From an uncultured bacterium (GTDB taxonomy: Bacteria > JAGOEH01), in contig CAZWDO010000010.1 in the NCBI GenBank assembly GCA_964632485.1, positions 62,001 to 126,000 on the forward strand: a DNA stretch of 64,000 bases, in the 5' to 3' direction. Both the position numbers and the translations under genes were made by a program. The notes beneath the pieces are model-generated. The model saw nothing but the letters and a program-made list of their open reading frames with translations, made no database searches and was not told where the DNA came from. Of this stretch, positions 19,228 through 27,157 are shown piece after piece; position 1 is the stretch's first letter; every line of letters starts with the position of its first letter.

Positions 19228-20214
19228 TTATTTTTCGGGAATCTGCTCAATTAGTTTTTGGATGAGTTGATCCGGAGAGATTCCTTCCGCCTCGGCGGTA
19301 AAATTGGGGATCAGTCGATGGCGCAAGACCACCGGAGCAACTTGCTGGATATCCTTAATGCCTGGAACCAGGTTCCCTTCCAGCATGGCTTTAGTTTTAG
19401 CCGCTAAGATTAGAAATTGAGATGCGCGCGGACCGGCGCCCCAGGAAAGGTATTTGGCGATATAATCGGGAATCTCTTTTTGTCCGGGACGGGTCGCTCT
19501 GACTAAGCGTACGGCATAGTCAATTACAAATTCCGCTACCGGGATTTCCCGTACCAGATGTTGATATTCCTTAATTTCTTTGGCGTGAAGCAGCGGTTTC
19601 AGCTCTCCGGTCTGTACTCCGGTCGTGCGTTTGACTATTTCAATTTCCTGTGAAAAATCAGGATAATCGACTTTAATGTTAAACATGAAACGGTCAAGCT
19701 GCGCTTCAGGAAGGGGATAGGTCCCTTCCTGCTCAATGGGATTCTGGGTGGCCAGTACAAAAAAAGGATCTGGTAGAGAATAGGTTTTCCCGGAAGCCGT
19801 CACTTCACGTTCCTGCATGGCCTGCAGGAGCGCTGATTGGGTTTTCGGCGGGGTTCGGTTGATTTCGTCCGCTAATATAATATTTGCAAAAACTGGGCCT
19901 TTCACAAACTGAAAGGTTTTTTTGCCGCTTGATAAGTCGTCCTCAATGACTTCTGAACCGGTAATGTCTGTTGGCATCAAATCCGGAGTGAACTGGATGC
20001 GTTTGAAGGTCAGATCAAAAACCCGGGCTAAGGTGCTGATCATGAGCGTTTTCGCTAATCCCGGCACGCCGACCAATAAACAATGGCCGCCGCTAAATAG
20101 TGAAATAAGCAGTTCATCGATTACCGTTTCCTGGCCCACAATGATTTTGGATAATTCCTGTTTAATTTGTCGGGCTGACTGATTAATTTTCGTGTACTTT
20201 TCTTCCTGGCTCAT
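19228..20214 (-). CDS. MoxR-family AAA+ ATPase
   Basis: GVPGLAKT, RIQFTPDLMPTDITG, LADEINRTPPKTQSALL, ATQNPIEQEGTYPLPEAQLDRF. Confidence 0.95.
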   Translation of the reverse strand: MSQEEKYTKINQSARQIKQELSKIIVGQETVIDELLISLFSGGHCLLVGVPGLAKTLMISTLARVFDLTFKRIQFTPDLMPTDITGSEVIEDDLSSGKKTFQFVKGPVFANIILADEINRTPPKTQSALLQAMQEREVTASGKTYSLPDPFFVLATQNPIEQEGTYPLPEAQLDRFMFNIKVDYPDFSQEIEIVKRTTGVQTGELKPLLHAKEIKEYQHLVREIPVAEFVIDYAVRLVRATRPGQKEIPDYIAKYLSWGAGPRASQFLILAAKTKAMLEGNLVPGIKDIQQVAPVVLRHRLIPNFTAEAEGISPDQLIQKLIEQIPEK

Positions 20215-20286
20215 TAACTTCTCCTTAATCTGATATGCGAGTCATTTTTTATCATGGTCTTAACTGTTTGTCTATTCGGTTATAGC

Positions 20287-20323
20287 ATGGCCGGCTGATG
20301 GGGTTCCCCATTTCAGCCGCCAT
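20287..20323. terminator. strong intergenic stem-loop
   Basis: ATGGCCGGCTGATGGGGTTCCCCATTTCAGCCGCCAT; no U-tract on the coding (-) strand, so the function is uncertain. Confidence 0.45.
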
Positions 20324-20324
20324 T

Positions 20325-21056
20325 TTATTTCTCAATTCGGCAACCTTGCGCGGGCAGGAAAACGACCCGGGTTCCTTTTCTGGAATTTTTCCGCGCAGTC
20401 AACACGCATAACGAGTGTGTTCGATTGTCGTTTTCAGAAAAAAAACGGATTTCTTCCACGTGAAGGCGGAGTTGCTGCATAATATACAAAATTTTTGTCA
20501 AAAAGGCAACAGGATAAATGCAAAAAAAAAGGCCTTTGGGTACTAAAAGTTTACTGATTGCCTGGAATGTGGCTTTTAGGGTATTATCGCTGATCGAATG
20601 CGCCTTCGCCTTGAGTGGATGGTTGGGAGAACGGCTGGATGCGGGCGAATAGAAGGGTGGGTTTAGGGCGATGGTATTAAAAAAGTGGGCGGGGTACAAC
20701 TGGCTCAGGCTGCTAAAATCGGCGCATATTGTTACGGCCATGGATGTTAGTCCGTTGTGTCGGAGATTGTGATTGACGACTTTCAGCAGGGGAAACTGGT
20801 TATCTAAAAAATGAACACGCTGCGCATGATGATAAAAGAGCCAATGCAAACCGACGCCTCCTTGACCGCACCCTAAATCGAGCGCGTGTCCGAGATATGA
20901 AGACTGGAGCGTTGTATGCAACAAGAGCCAGGTCGCATGATTAAAAGCGGGATAGGAGCGTTTTTGGTAGAACCGGTAGCGCTGGTCAATGCCGGCGGGT
21001 TCGGTCCACCAGTCATTCCCATTCGATAGTGGCGGGGGGTTTGCTGCTGATGTCAT
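20325..21056 (-). CDS. class I SAM-dependent amino-methyltransferase, tRNA1(Val) m6A37 (YfiC/TrmN6)-like
   Basis: LDLGCGQG motif I, NPPFY motif IV; start uncertain (overlaps the guaA end). Confidence 0.7.
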   Translation of the reverse strand: MTSAANPPPLSNGNDWWTEPAGIDQRYRFYQKRSYPAFNHATWLLLHTTLQSSYLGHALDLGCGQGGVGLHWLFYHHAQRVHFLDNQFPLLKVVNHNLRHNGLTSMAVTICADFSSLSQLYPAHFFNTIALNPPFYSPASSRSPNHPLKAKAHSISDNTLKATFQAISKLLVPKGLFFCIYPVAFLTKILYIMQQLRLHVEEIRFFSENDNRTHSLCVLTARKNSRKGTRVVFLPAQGCRIEK

Positions 21057-22548
21057 ATACGACCCGATTGACGCCGCTGACCTTGTTAATGATACGGTTA
21101 GCCAGTTTAGTTAAAAAAGCCGCTGGGAAGGGGAATACTTCGGCGGTCATAAAATCGGTGGTCACCACCGCCCGTAATGCCGCGACATACTGATAGGTCC
21201 GTTCATCTCCCATCACACCGACAGTTTTTACCGGCAAGAGCACGGCCAGCGCCTGGGATATTTGTCGGTAGTAATCTTCCTCGATCAGGGCATCTATAAA
21301 GATTTCATCGACATCGCGTAGGATTTCGAGCTTTTCAGATGTTATTTCGCCCGGAATACGTACGGCTAAACCCGGGCCGGGGAATGGATGCCGGTGTAAA
21401 ATCCGCTCAGGTACCGCCAGTTGCGCTCCCAGACGGCGGACTTCATCTTTAAAAAGCTCTCGTAAGGGTTCGATTAGCTCTAATTTCATCGAATCCGGCA
21501 GACCTCCGACATTATGATGAGTCTTAATAGTAGCTGATGGCCCTTTGTAGGAAAGGCTCTCGATAACGTCAGGATAAAGAGTGCCCTGAGCAAGAAAGGC
21601 GGCATTGGGGTAATGGTTGAGCTGGTTTTCGAAAACTTCGATAAAGGAGTGGCCGATGATTTTGCGTTTTTTCTCCGGATCGGTAATGCCGGCCAATCGT
21701 TCTAAAAATAAGAGACCGGCATCTATATATTCAATCTGTAAATGGCCCATCAATGCGTAGGCCTCAGCAACTTTTTGTTGTTCGTTTTTTCGGATTAACC
21801 CATTATCAATAAAAAAACAGCGTAACTGATCACCCAGCGCCCGGTGCAGCAATGCTGCGGTAACGGAAGAATCCACTCCTCCGCTGAGGGCCAGTATTAC
21901 CTGCCGGTTTCCGACTTTGCAACGGATTGATTCAATTTGTTCGGTTATGAAATCGCTCATTTTCCAATCGCCCCGACATTGGCAAATCCGGTAGATAAAA
22001 TTATGTAACATTTCTTGTCCATGGGGGGTGTGAATGACTTCAGGGTGAAATTGGACTCCCCACCGTTTTTGCAGCGGGCTTTCGAACGCAGCGATGATGC
22101 CGTTATCAGAATGGGCGGTTATGGCAAACCCTTGCGGGGCTTTTCGGATCTGATCGGAATGGCTCATCCAAACCTGTTGAGTAGAATCCATTCCCTGGAA
22201 AAAAAGTGAGGATTGAGTGTTCAGCGCTATATGGGCCGAGCCGTATTCACGGACTTCACCCCGTAATATTTCCCCGCCGAATTGAAGCGCCATGGCCTGC
22301 ATGCCATAACAAATTCCCAGTATCGGAACTTCGGCGGACCACACTGACGATTTGGGTAATGGAGCATCCGCGGCATAGACCGAAGAGGGACCCCCGGAAA
22401 GAATGATGCCTTTCAAACGCGCATCAGAACCAGGTTCCCAATCATAATTTTGTATTTCGCAATACACTTCCATCTCGCGAATCTTCCGGGCGATCAATTG
22501 CGTGTATTGCGACCCAAAATCCAGGATGATGATTTTCTCGTGATTCAT
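21013..22548 (-). CDS. guaA: GMP synthase (glutamine-hydrolysing)
   Basis: Start MNHEKIIILDFGSQYTQLI; LGICYGMQ, QFHPEV, SGGVDS, IKTHHNVGGLP, KPPATIEWE. Confidence 0.98.
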   Translation of the reverse strand: MNHEKIIILDFGSQYTQLIARKIREMEVYCEIQNYDWEPGSDARLKGIILSGGPSSVYAADAPLPKSSVWSAEVPILGICYGMQAMALQFGGEILRGEVREYGSAHIALNTQSSLFFQGMDSTQQVWMSHSDQIRKAPQGFAITAHSDNGIIAAFESPLQKRWGVQFHPEVIHTPHGQEMLHNFIYRICQCRGDWKMSDFITEQIESIRCKVGNRQVILALSGGVDSSVTAALLHRALGDQLRCFFIDNGLIRKNEQQKVAEAYALMGHLQIEYIDAGLLFLERLAGITDPEKKRKIIGHSFIEVFENQLNHYPNAAFLAQGTLYPDVIESLSYKGPSATIKTHHNVGGLPDSMKLELIEPLRELFKDEVRRLGAQLAVPERILHRHPFPGPGLAVRIPGEITSEKLEILRDVDEIFIDALIEEDYYRQISQALAVLLPVKTVGVMGDERTYQYVAALRAVVTTDFMTAEVFPFPAAFLTKLANRIINKVSGVNRVVYDISSKPPATIEWE

Positions 22549-22550
22549 GT

Positions 22551-23033
22551 TCAATTTCCCTCTAAACATATTTTTCGGTACATCGTTTCGGTAAACGATC
22601 CTGAATCGATCGCCATCCATTGCGCATTCTCGAATATTTTTTGTAAGGGTCGGTTTTTTCCTTTAAATTCTTTCTGATAAAAGACTTCGTACGCAGTCAT
22701 ACGAAATTCCTTTTGGCCGCACTTAAACTCGATATACTCAACGAGCGAATCTACATCCTTATATTTTTTTCCATTAATTAAAATAATATGGTTATAGATC
22801 GGCGTCAAGATCATTTTCGATACTAAGCAATTCGTGTCTGTAACCTGTTTCATAGTTGTATCGAGCCAGGCGATATAGCTGAACTGATCGTCCTGGTGGA
22901 CAGAATCGATGCGGATAAATTTCGACTTTACAGTTGCATTGGTCGGGGATGGTGTGTTTTCCGCCGCGCTGTTACAGTAGTAATTCATCAATGCTATAAC
23001 CATCAATAAAAATGTTACATATCGAAATCGCAT
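22551..23033 (-). CDS. hypothetical exported/lipoprotein-like protein
   Basis: ATG 23033 with RBS AAGGAGG; MRFRYVTFLLMVIALMNYYC signal; ends 2 bp before the guaA start. Confidence 0.65.
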   Translation of the reverse strand: MRFRYVTFLLMVIALMNYYCNSAAENTPSPTNATVKSKFIRIDSVHQDDQFSYIAWLDTTMKQVTDTNCLVSKMILTPIYNHIILINGKKYKDVDSLVEYIEFKCGQKEFRMTAYEVFYQKEFKGKNRPLQKIFENAQWMAIDSGSFTETMYRKICLEGN

Positions 23034-23061
23034 ATCTTCCTCCTTGGGGTTTTGTGGAATT

Positions 23062-23132
23062 AAAAAGTTCCGGATAGGGATGTAATCCGGGACGTGTTTG
23101 TTTCGTCTCACGGCGCTTTATCTGCCCCGGAT
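23062..23132 (-). promoter_or_regulatory. candidate attenuator/riboswitch leader (terminator plus competing antiterminator)
   Basis: Minus strand ATCCGGG...GTCCCGGAT-TACATCCCT-ATCCGGAAC-TTTTT; CCGGAT can pair with either the upstream or the downstream ATCCGG. Confidence 0.5.
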
Positions 23133-23181
23133 GCTGAGTGACCAAGAAAATTTGAGGTCAGAACTTACAGAACTATCTGAA

Positions 23182-23210
23182 ATATTAAAAAAATTAGCGC
23201 AGTTTGTCAA
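23182..23210 (-). promoter_or_regulatory. sigma70-type promoter for the hypothetical-guaA operon
   Basis: TTGACA, 17 bp, TAATAT on the minus strand. Confidence 0.7.
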
Positions 23211-23370
23211 GTCTTAATTTTATCTTTAGCCGATGTTTTTAACCCAACTTGCGGGATACAATAAATTGGCAAAAAATTCTCATGTTGTCAGTCAATAATT
23301 TGTGTTTTTTGTCAAGTTTTACATACCCATGGATTAAATCTGTAGCGTATTCGATTCCATCGAATATTCA

Positions 23371-23890
23371 ACCCTCATTATGGATCGGGGAGTGTTCAGC
23401 CGGGAAAATATTGAGTTGCTCAACGCCCGAGGGTTAAAGTACATGATCGCTGTCTCAGCGGAAAAATTTCTTTCCGTCAGCCGGGCGAACCCGAAACATT
23501 ACGTAAGGATATCTGCCAAGAACTGAATGTCGGCTATATCAATTTACCGCTAGATGAACAAAAAATCTCTCACCGAGGGGATATCCGCACCAAGTTCATT
23601 ACCAATGTACGCTATATTTATCGTCGCAATTCAGCATGAGCCTATAAAATGAAAAGGAACCGGCAAGAGAAGCTGGGCGCTAAAGGGCATGAAGTGGACG
23701 CCGCCAATCAATATTTACGGGCTCTTCCGCGCGCAAAGACAGATGTTCAACATTGAAAACCGGAAACTCAATTGGGGAACTGGAAGATGAATAACTTTGC
23801 CAAACTGACTGCAGACGCTGACCCGCGTCGGAAGAAATCCAACGAAGAAAATAAAATCGAGGACTTGATTGATCGTTACAGATGGATGCC
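23371..23890 (+). pseudogene. degraded IS1634-like (IS4-group DDE) transposase remnant
   Basis: Manual translation: TLIMDRGVFSRENIELLNARGLKYMIAV...*; then NVRYIYRRNSA*AYKMKRNRQEKL...ANQYLRALPRAKTDVQH*; the DRG motif and RY.RRN...NQYL...PRAK recall IS1634 transposases; internal stops. Confidence 0.65.
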
Positions 23891-23936
23891 GGTTCGGTGT
23901 CCGGTATGACGCACTGTTAAAGTGAATGTATAATGT

Positions 23937-24659
23937 TCAGTGTACAATGACCACCCGAGGATCGGCCAGTATATAGCGGATATGTTCAAGCGATTCTCTG
24001 GTCGGTATCTGTACCCAGCCTTCGCTGGCAGATCGATCTAAGTGATTCAGATGCAGGATATCAAAACGAATTGTTGGTAAGATTTCTTTGAATTTTAAGA
24101 TTTCTTCATCCTGATCGTTAATCCCCGGAACAATGAAGATTTCGAGCGCGATTTTGCCATGAAATCTATGGCTGAATTGCTGGAGCGATTGGATGATTTG
24201 ATTCGCCGTCACTCCGGTAATCGGTCGATTGATTGCTTGATGGGCTTTTTCCGACACGGCATTAAGAGTGGGTACCAGAAGATCAATGGTTTGGATTTCA
24301 TCCCAAATGGCGGGCAGGCGTAACAGACTGCTGTTGGTCAGCAATGCTGCGCGATAGGATGGGTAGTGTGTGTGAAGGAACTGGATGATTTCGCCCAGAC
24401 CTAAGTAAAGTGTCGGTTCGCCACAGCCGGAGAAAGTGATATGATCAAGGTGGGGCTGTCCCGCAAGGAAATGATCAAGTTCTTCAATTAGTTTTTTCGG
24501 CTGGACGAACATAGAACGTTGAATTGTCAGTTTGTCAGTGGGGCCGCATTCACAATATACGCAATTAAACGAACAGGTTTTGCAGGGTAGTACGTTAATC
24601 CCCAATGAGCGGCCTAATCTTCGGGATTGAAGGGGGCCCCGTAAATATTGGTAATTCAT
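23937..24659 (-). CDS. radical SAM protein (COG0731-like)
   Basis: Start moved to ATG 24659 (RBS AAGGAG); GPLQSRRLGRSLGIN, CSFNCVYC, TFSGCGEPTL. Confidence 0.9.
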   Translation of the reverse strand: MNYQYLRGPLQSRRLGRSLGINVLPCKTCSFNCVYCECGPTDKLTIQRSMFVQPKKLIEELDHFLAGQPHLDHITFSGCGEPTLYLGLGEIIQFLHTHYPSYRAALLTNSSLLRLPAIWDEIQTIDLLVPTLNAVSEKAHQAINRPITGVTANQIIQSLQQFSHRFHGKIALEIFIVPGINDQDEEILKFKEILPTIRFDILHLNHLDRSASEGWVQIPTRESLEHIRYILADPRVVIVH

Positions 24660-24960
24660 TTTAGCTCCTTGAGTCTGAGTTGATACAAGGGCGCGCCTCC
24701 GGGTTTTCTTATGCGCGGTTGGAATATTTGGTATATCCATATCATGTTGAAAAAGCCGAACCAGCGGGAAATTTCCGACTTTTACTTGAAATCTCTCCCG
24801 TTAGTCGGCTATGCCAATCATCAATATACGTTAATTGCGCTAAAAAAACAACTATCAAAAAAATAAGCCGCCCGGTTCGTTTTTTTTTCTTGCTTTTTTG
24901 TAGGATGGGATATATAATTAAAGCGCGTCATTGAACTTTGAAAATTGAAAGGAGCCGGGC

Positions 24961-26103
24961 ATGTCCATGAGTAGGAAAGAATTTTTAAAAAGTATCGGTA
25001 TAATGGGAGCTGGAGTGTTTTTAGCCCAAAATCATACATTGGCTAATCAGGGCGGCGGTGAAGACACCCCCTCAACGACTAAGCCGCGTATCGAATATGA
25101 AAAAAAACGTTTGGAACTGTTTCATACCTGGACGATAACCCGCGGGAGCGCTGATTATAAAGAAAATGTTTTAGTATATTACCATAAAGACGGAGTTACC
25201 GGTATCGGCGAGGCATCGCACATGACCGCTGCCGGTCAGAATGCCGATCGCTCGATTGAAGAGTTGAAAAAAATTATTCCCCTTTATGAGGAAAGCGATC
25301 CCTGGCAGTTTTTTTATCTGCCGGAAAAAGCGCAGGCGATTATTCCCGAAATCTCACCGGCCAAAGCGGCGCTGGATATCGCTCTGATGGATTGGATCGG
25401 TAAAAAACTTAATACTCCCCTTTATCGCATGTTCGGTTTGGATTCTTCCTATATTGTAAATACCTCTTTTTCAATTGGAATCGATAAACCGGACGTGATG
25501 CAGCAAAAAGTGAAAGAGGCGGAAGTCTATAAAATTCTTAAAGTGAAATTGCTCGGCAAAAACGATGAAGAGGTCATTTCAACGTTACGTAAAGTAACAG
25601 ATAAGCCGATCCGGGTTGATATTAACCAGGGCTGGACTGATAAAGAGGCCGCGGTTCGCAAAATTGAATGGATGGCTAAACAGAATATTGAGATGATCGA
25701 ACAACCGATGCCGGTGGATATGATCGAGGAAACCCGCTGGATCAAGGAACGCTCCCCCTTGCCGATTGTTGCCGATGAAGCGGTCGAAACAACCCATGAC
25801 ATCCCTAAGTTGGCCGAAGCATATCATGGGATTAATATTAAACTGATGAAATCGGGCGGCATTCAGGAGGCTTATCGCATGGCGCTGCTGGGCCGCGCTT
25901 ATGGTTTGGATATCATGTTTGGCTGTATGATCGAAACCTCTGCCGCTATTAGCGCCGCCGCTCAATTGCAGCCTTTTGCCAAATGGGTTGATCTGGATGG
26001 GAATCTGTTAATTAAAAACGATCCTTTTGAAGGGGTTAAATTTGTCGATGGCCATTGGGTTTTAAACGATTTGCCAGGAATCGGTATCCAGGAAAAATCC
26101 TGA
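24961..26103 (+). CDS. dipeptide epimerase (L-Ala-D/L-Glu epimerase-like, enolase superfamily) with Tat-like signal
   Basis: SRKEFLK N-terminus; KVK, VDINQG, EQP, ADE, NIKLMKSGG, GCM, DLDG. Confidence 0.9.
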   Translation: MSMSRKEFLKSIGIMGAGVFLAQNHTLANQGGGEDTPSTTKPRIEYEKKRLELFHTWTITRGSADYKENVLVYYHKDGVTGIGEASHMTAAGQNADRSIEELKKIIPLYEESDPWQFFYLPEKAQAIIPEISPAKAALDIALMDWIGKKLNTPLYRMFGLDSSYIVNTSFSIGIDKPDVMQQKVKEAEVYKILKVKLLGKNDEEVISTLRKVTDKPIRVDINQGWTDKEAAVRKIEWMAKQNIEMIEQPMPVDMIEETRWIKERSPLPIVADEAVETTHDIPKLAEAYHGINIKLMKSGGIQEAYRMALLGRAYGLDIMFGCMIETSAAISAAAQLQPFAKWVDLDGNLLIKNDPFEGVKFVDGHWVLNDLPGIGIQEKS

Positions 26104-26236
26104 CGATATCCACTCCCTTGAATCTGAAATTCTAAATTGATTGTGTATATATGGACAGGCTGCCCGCTGAGTCTGTCCATAATATAGAAGCATGGAATCC
26201 GCATCCAATTTACTTTTTTTTCTAAATAATATTTAC

Positions 26237-26264
26237 TTGACATGGAAATAAAATAGCTTATACT
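26237..26264 (+). promoter_or_regulatory. sigma70-type promoter of the DUF4280 gene
   Basis: TTGACA, 16 bp, TATACT. Confidence 0.6.
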
Positions 26265-26299
26265 AAAACTATAATCATTAGCATATAGAAAGGATACCC

Positions 26300-26689
26300 A
26301 TGGGATTCTGGATACATCTGGGCAGTATGTGTCAATGTTCATTCGGAGCGGCTCCTTGTTCTTTATTAGTACTTCCGACCAATTGCTCCATCGTGGTGTA
26401 TACACCCGGGGCCAATATCATGGACTACGCGCCGATTGTGAATCTGCCGACTTTTGGAGTATGTACTTCTCTTGCCAATCCGACAGTGGCGGCGGCAACG
26501 GCTGCAGCGCTGGGCGTACTGACGCCAATGCCCTGTATCCCGGCAACGGTCGCTCCCTGGATTGTCGGCGCGGTTACTGTATTGGTCGGAAATATGCCGG
26601 CGCTAAACGACAGCTCAAAATTGATGTGTATGTGGGGGGGAGTGATTCAAATTACCGTTGCCGGCCAGGCAACGGTTCAAGTTCCCTGA
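26300..26689 (+). CDS. DUF4280 (PAAR-like spike-tip) protein
   Basis: GSMCQCSFG, NLPTFGVCTSLANPTVAAATAAALGVLTPMPCIP, SKLMCMWGGVIQI; RBS AAGGA. Confidence 0.9.
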   Translation: MGFWIHLGSMCQCSFGAAPCSLLVLPTNCSIVVYTPGANIMDYAPIVNLPTFGVCTSLANPTVAAATAAALGVLTPMPCIPATVAPWIVGAVTVLVGNMPALNDSSKLMCMWGGVIQITVAGQATVQVP

Positions 26690-26952
26690 GAGCTGAGCGC
26701 GACGGTTTACTGCTACTGGCTTAAGTTTTGCATTCTCAGTATTGGATAGCGGCGCCGGGATTTAAATATTTTTAATGAACGGCAGTTCAAATATATCGTG
26801 TTAGTTAATCAAACAGCTCACTTAATATCTAATTTCATCATAATATTAATTTCGTTCCAACTTCATATTTTTTCAGTCTTTTAGATAGTGAAGGCATAAA
26901 TAAAAAAAAATACTTGACTTTAAATTTTTTTTTATTTATATAGTTAATAATC

Positions 26953-27113
26953 CCATCGGATTCCCGGGTTTGCCCTATCAAGCCGGAATCTGAAGACTTG
27001 CCATTCAGCCATCTATATTGAATGGATTTTATCAAATTGTTCGGTTGTAGCGCTCTTTTTTTGTGGGTATGCTGCGATTGGATGACCTTTTTGGGTTTAA
27101 AGCCCAATGATGG
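26953..27113 (+). ncRNA. candidate structured leader RNA upstream of dacB
   Basis: Four consecutive hairpins (26958-26991, 27001-27025, 27037-27085, 27091-27107), potentially closed by CCATC/GATGG, starting just after the promoter TTGACT(26914)-17-TATATA. Confidence 0.4.
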
Positions 27114-27157
27114 TATACAAACAGTTTATTAACAGGATTGATTTTTAAAAGAGAGGA

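Noticed and set aside
23085-23132. Hammerhead-ribozyme-like string on the minus strand (CAGATAAAG...CCGTGAGACGAAAC...GTC)
   Set aside because: The core reads CAGATAA instead of CTGANGA and stem II does not pair properly; better explained as the attenuator-like leader
26300-26689. A T6SS or contractile injection locus
   Set aside because: Only the tip-like gene is present; no tube, sheath, VgrG or baseplate genes in the window
26958-27002. Cobalamin riboswitch-like end (GAAGACTTGCC) and c-di-GMP-I-like GGGCAAACC on the minus strand
   Set aside because: The remaining conserved elements of both families (AGGGAA/CCCGC-ACTGT; GACGCAAAGC) are absent
26838-27107. 89-aa minus-strand ORF in the DUF4280-dacB spacer
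   Set aside because: Non-ATG start, no RBS or motif, and it crosses the A/T tracts of the dacB promoter
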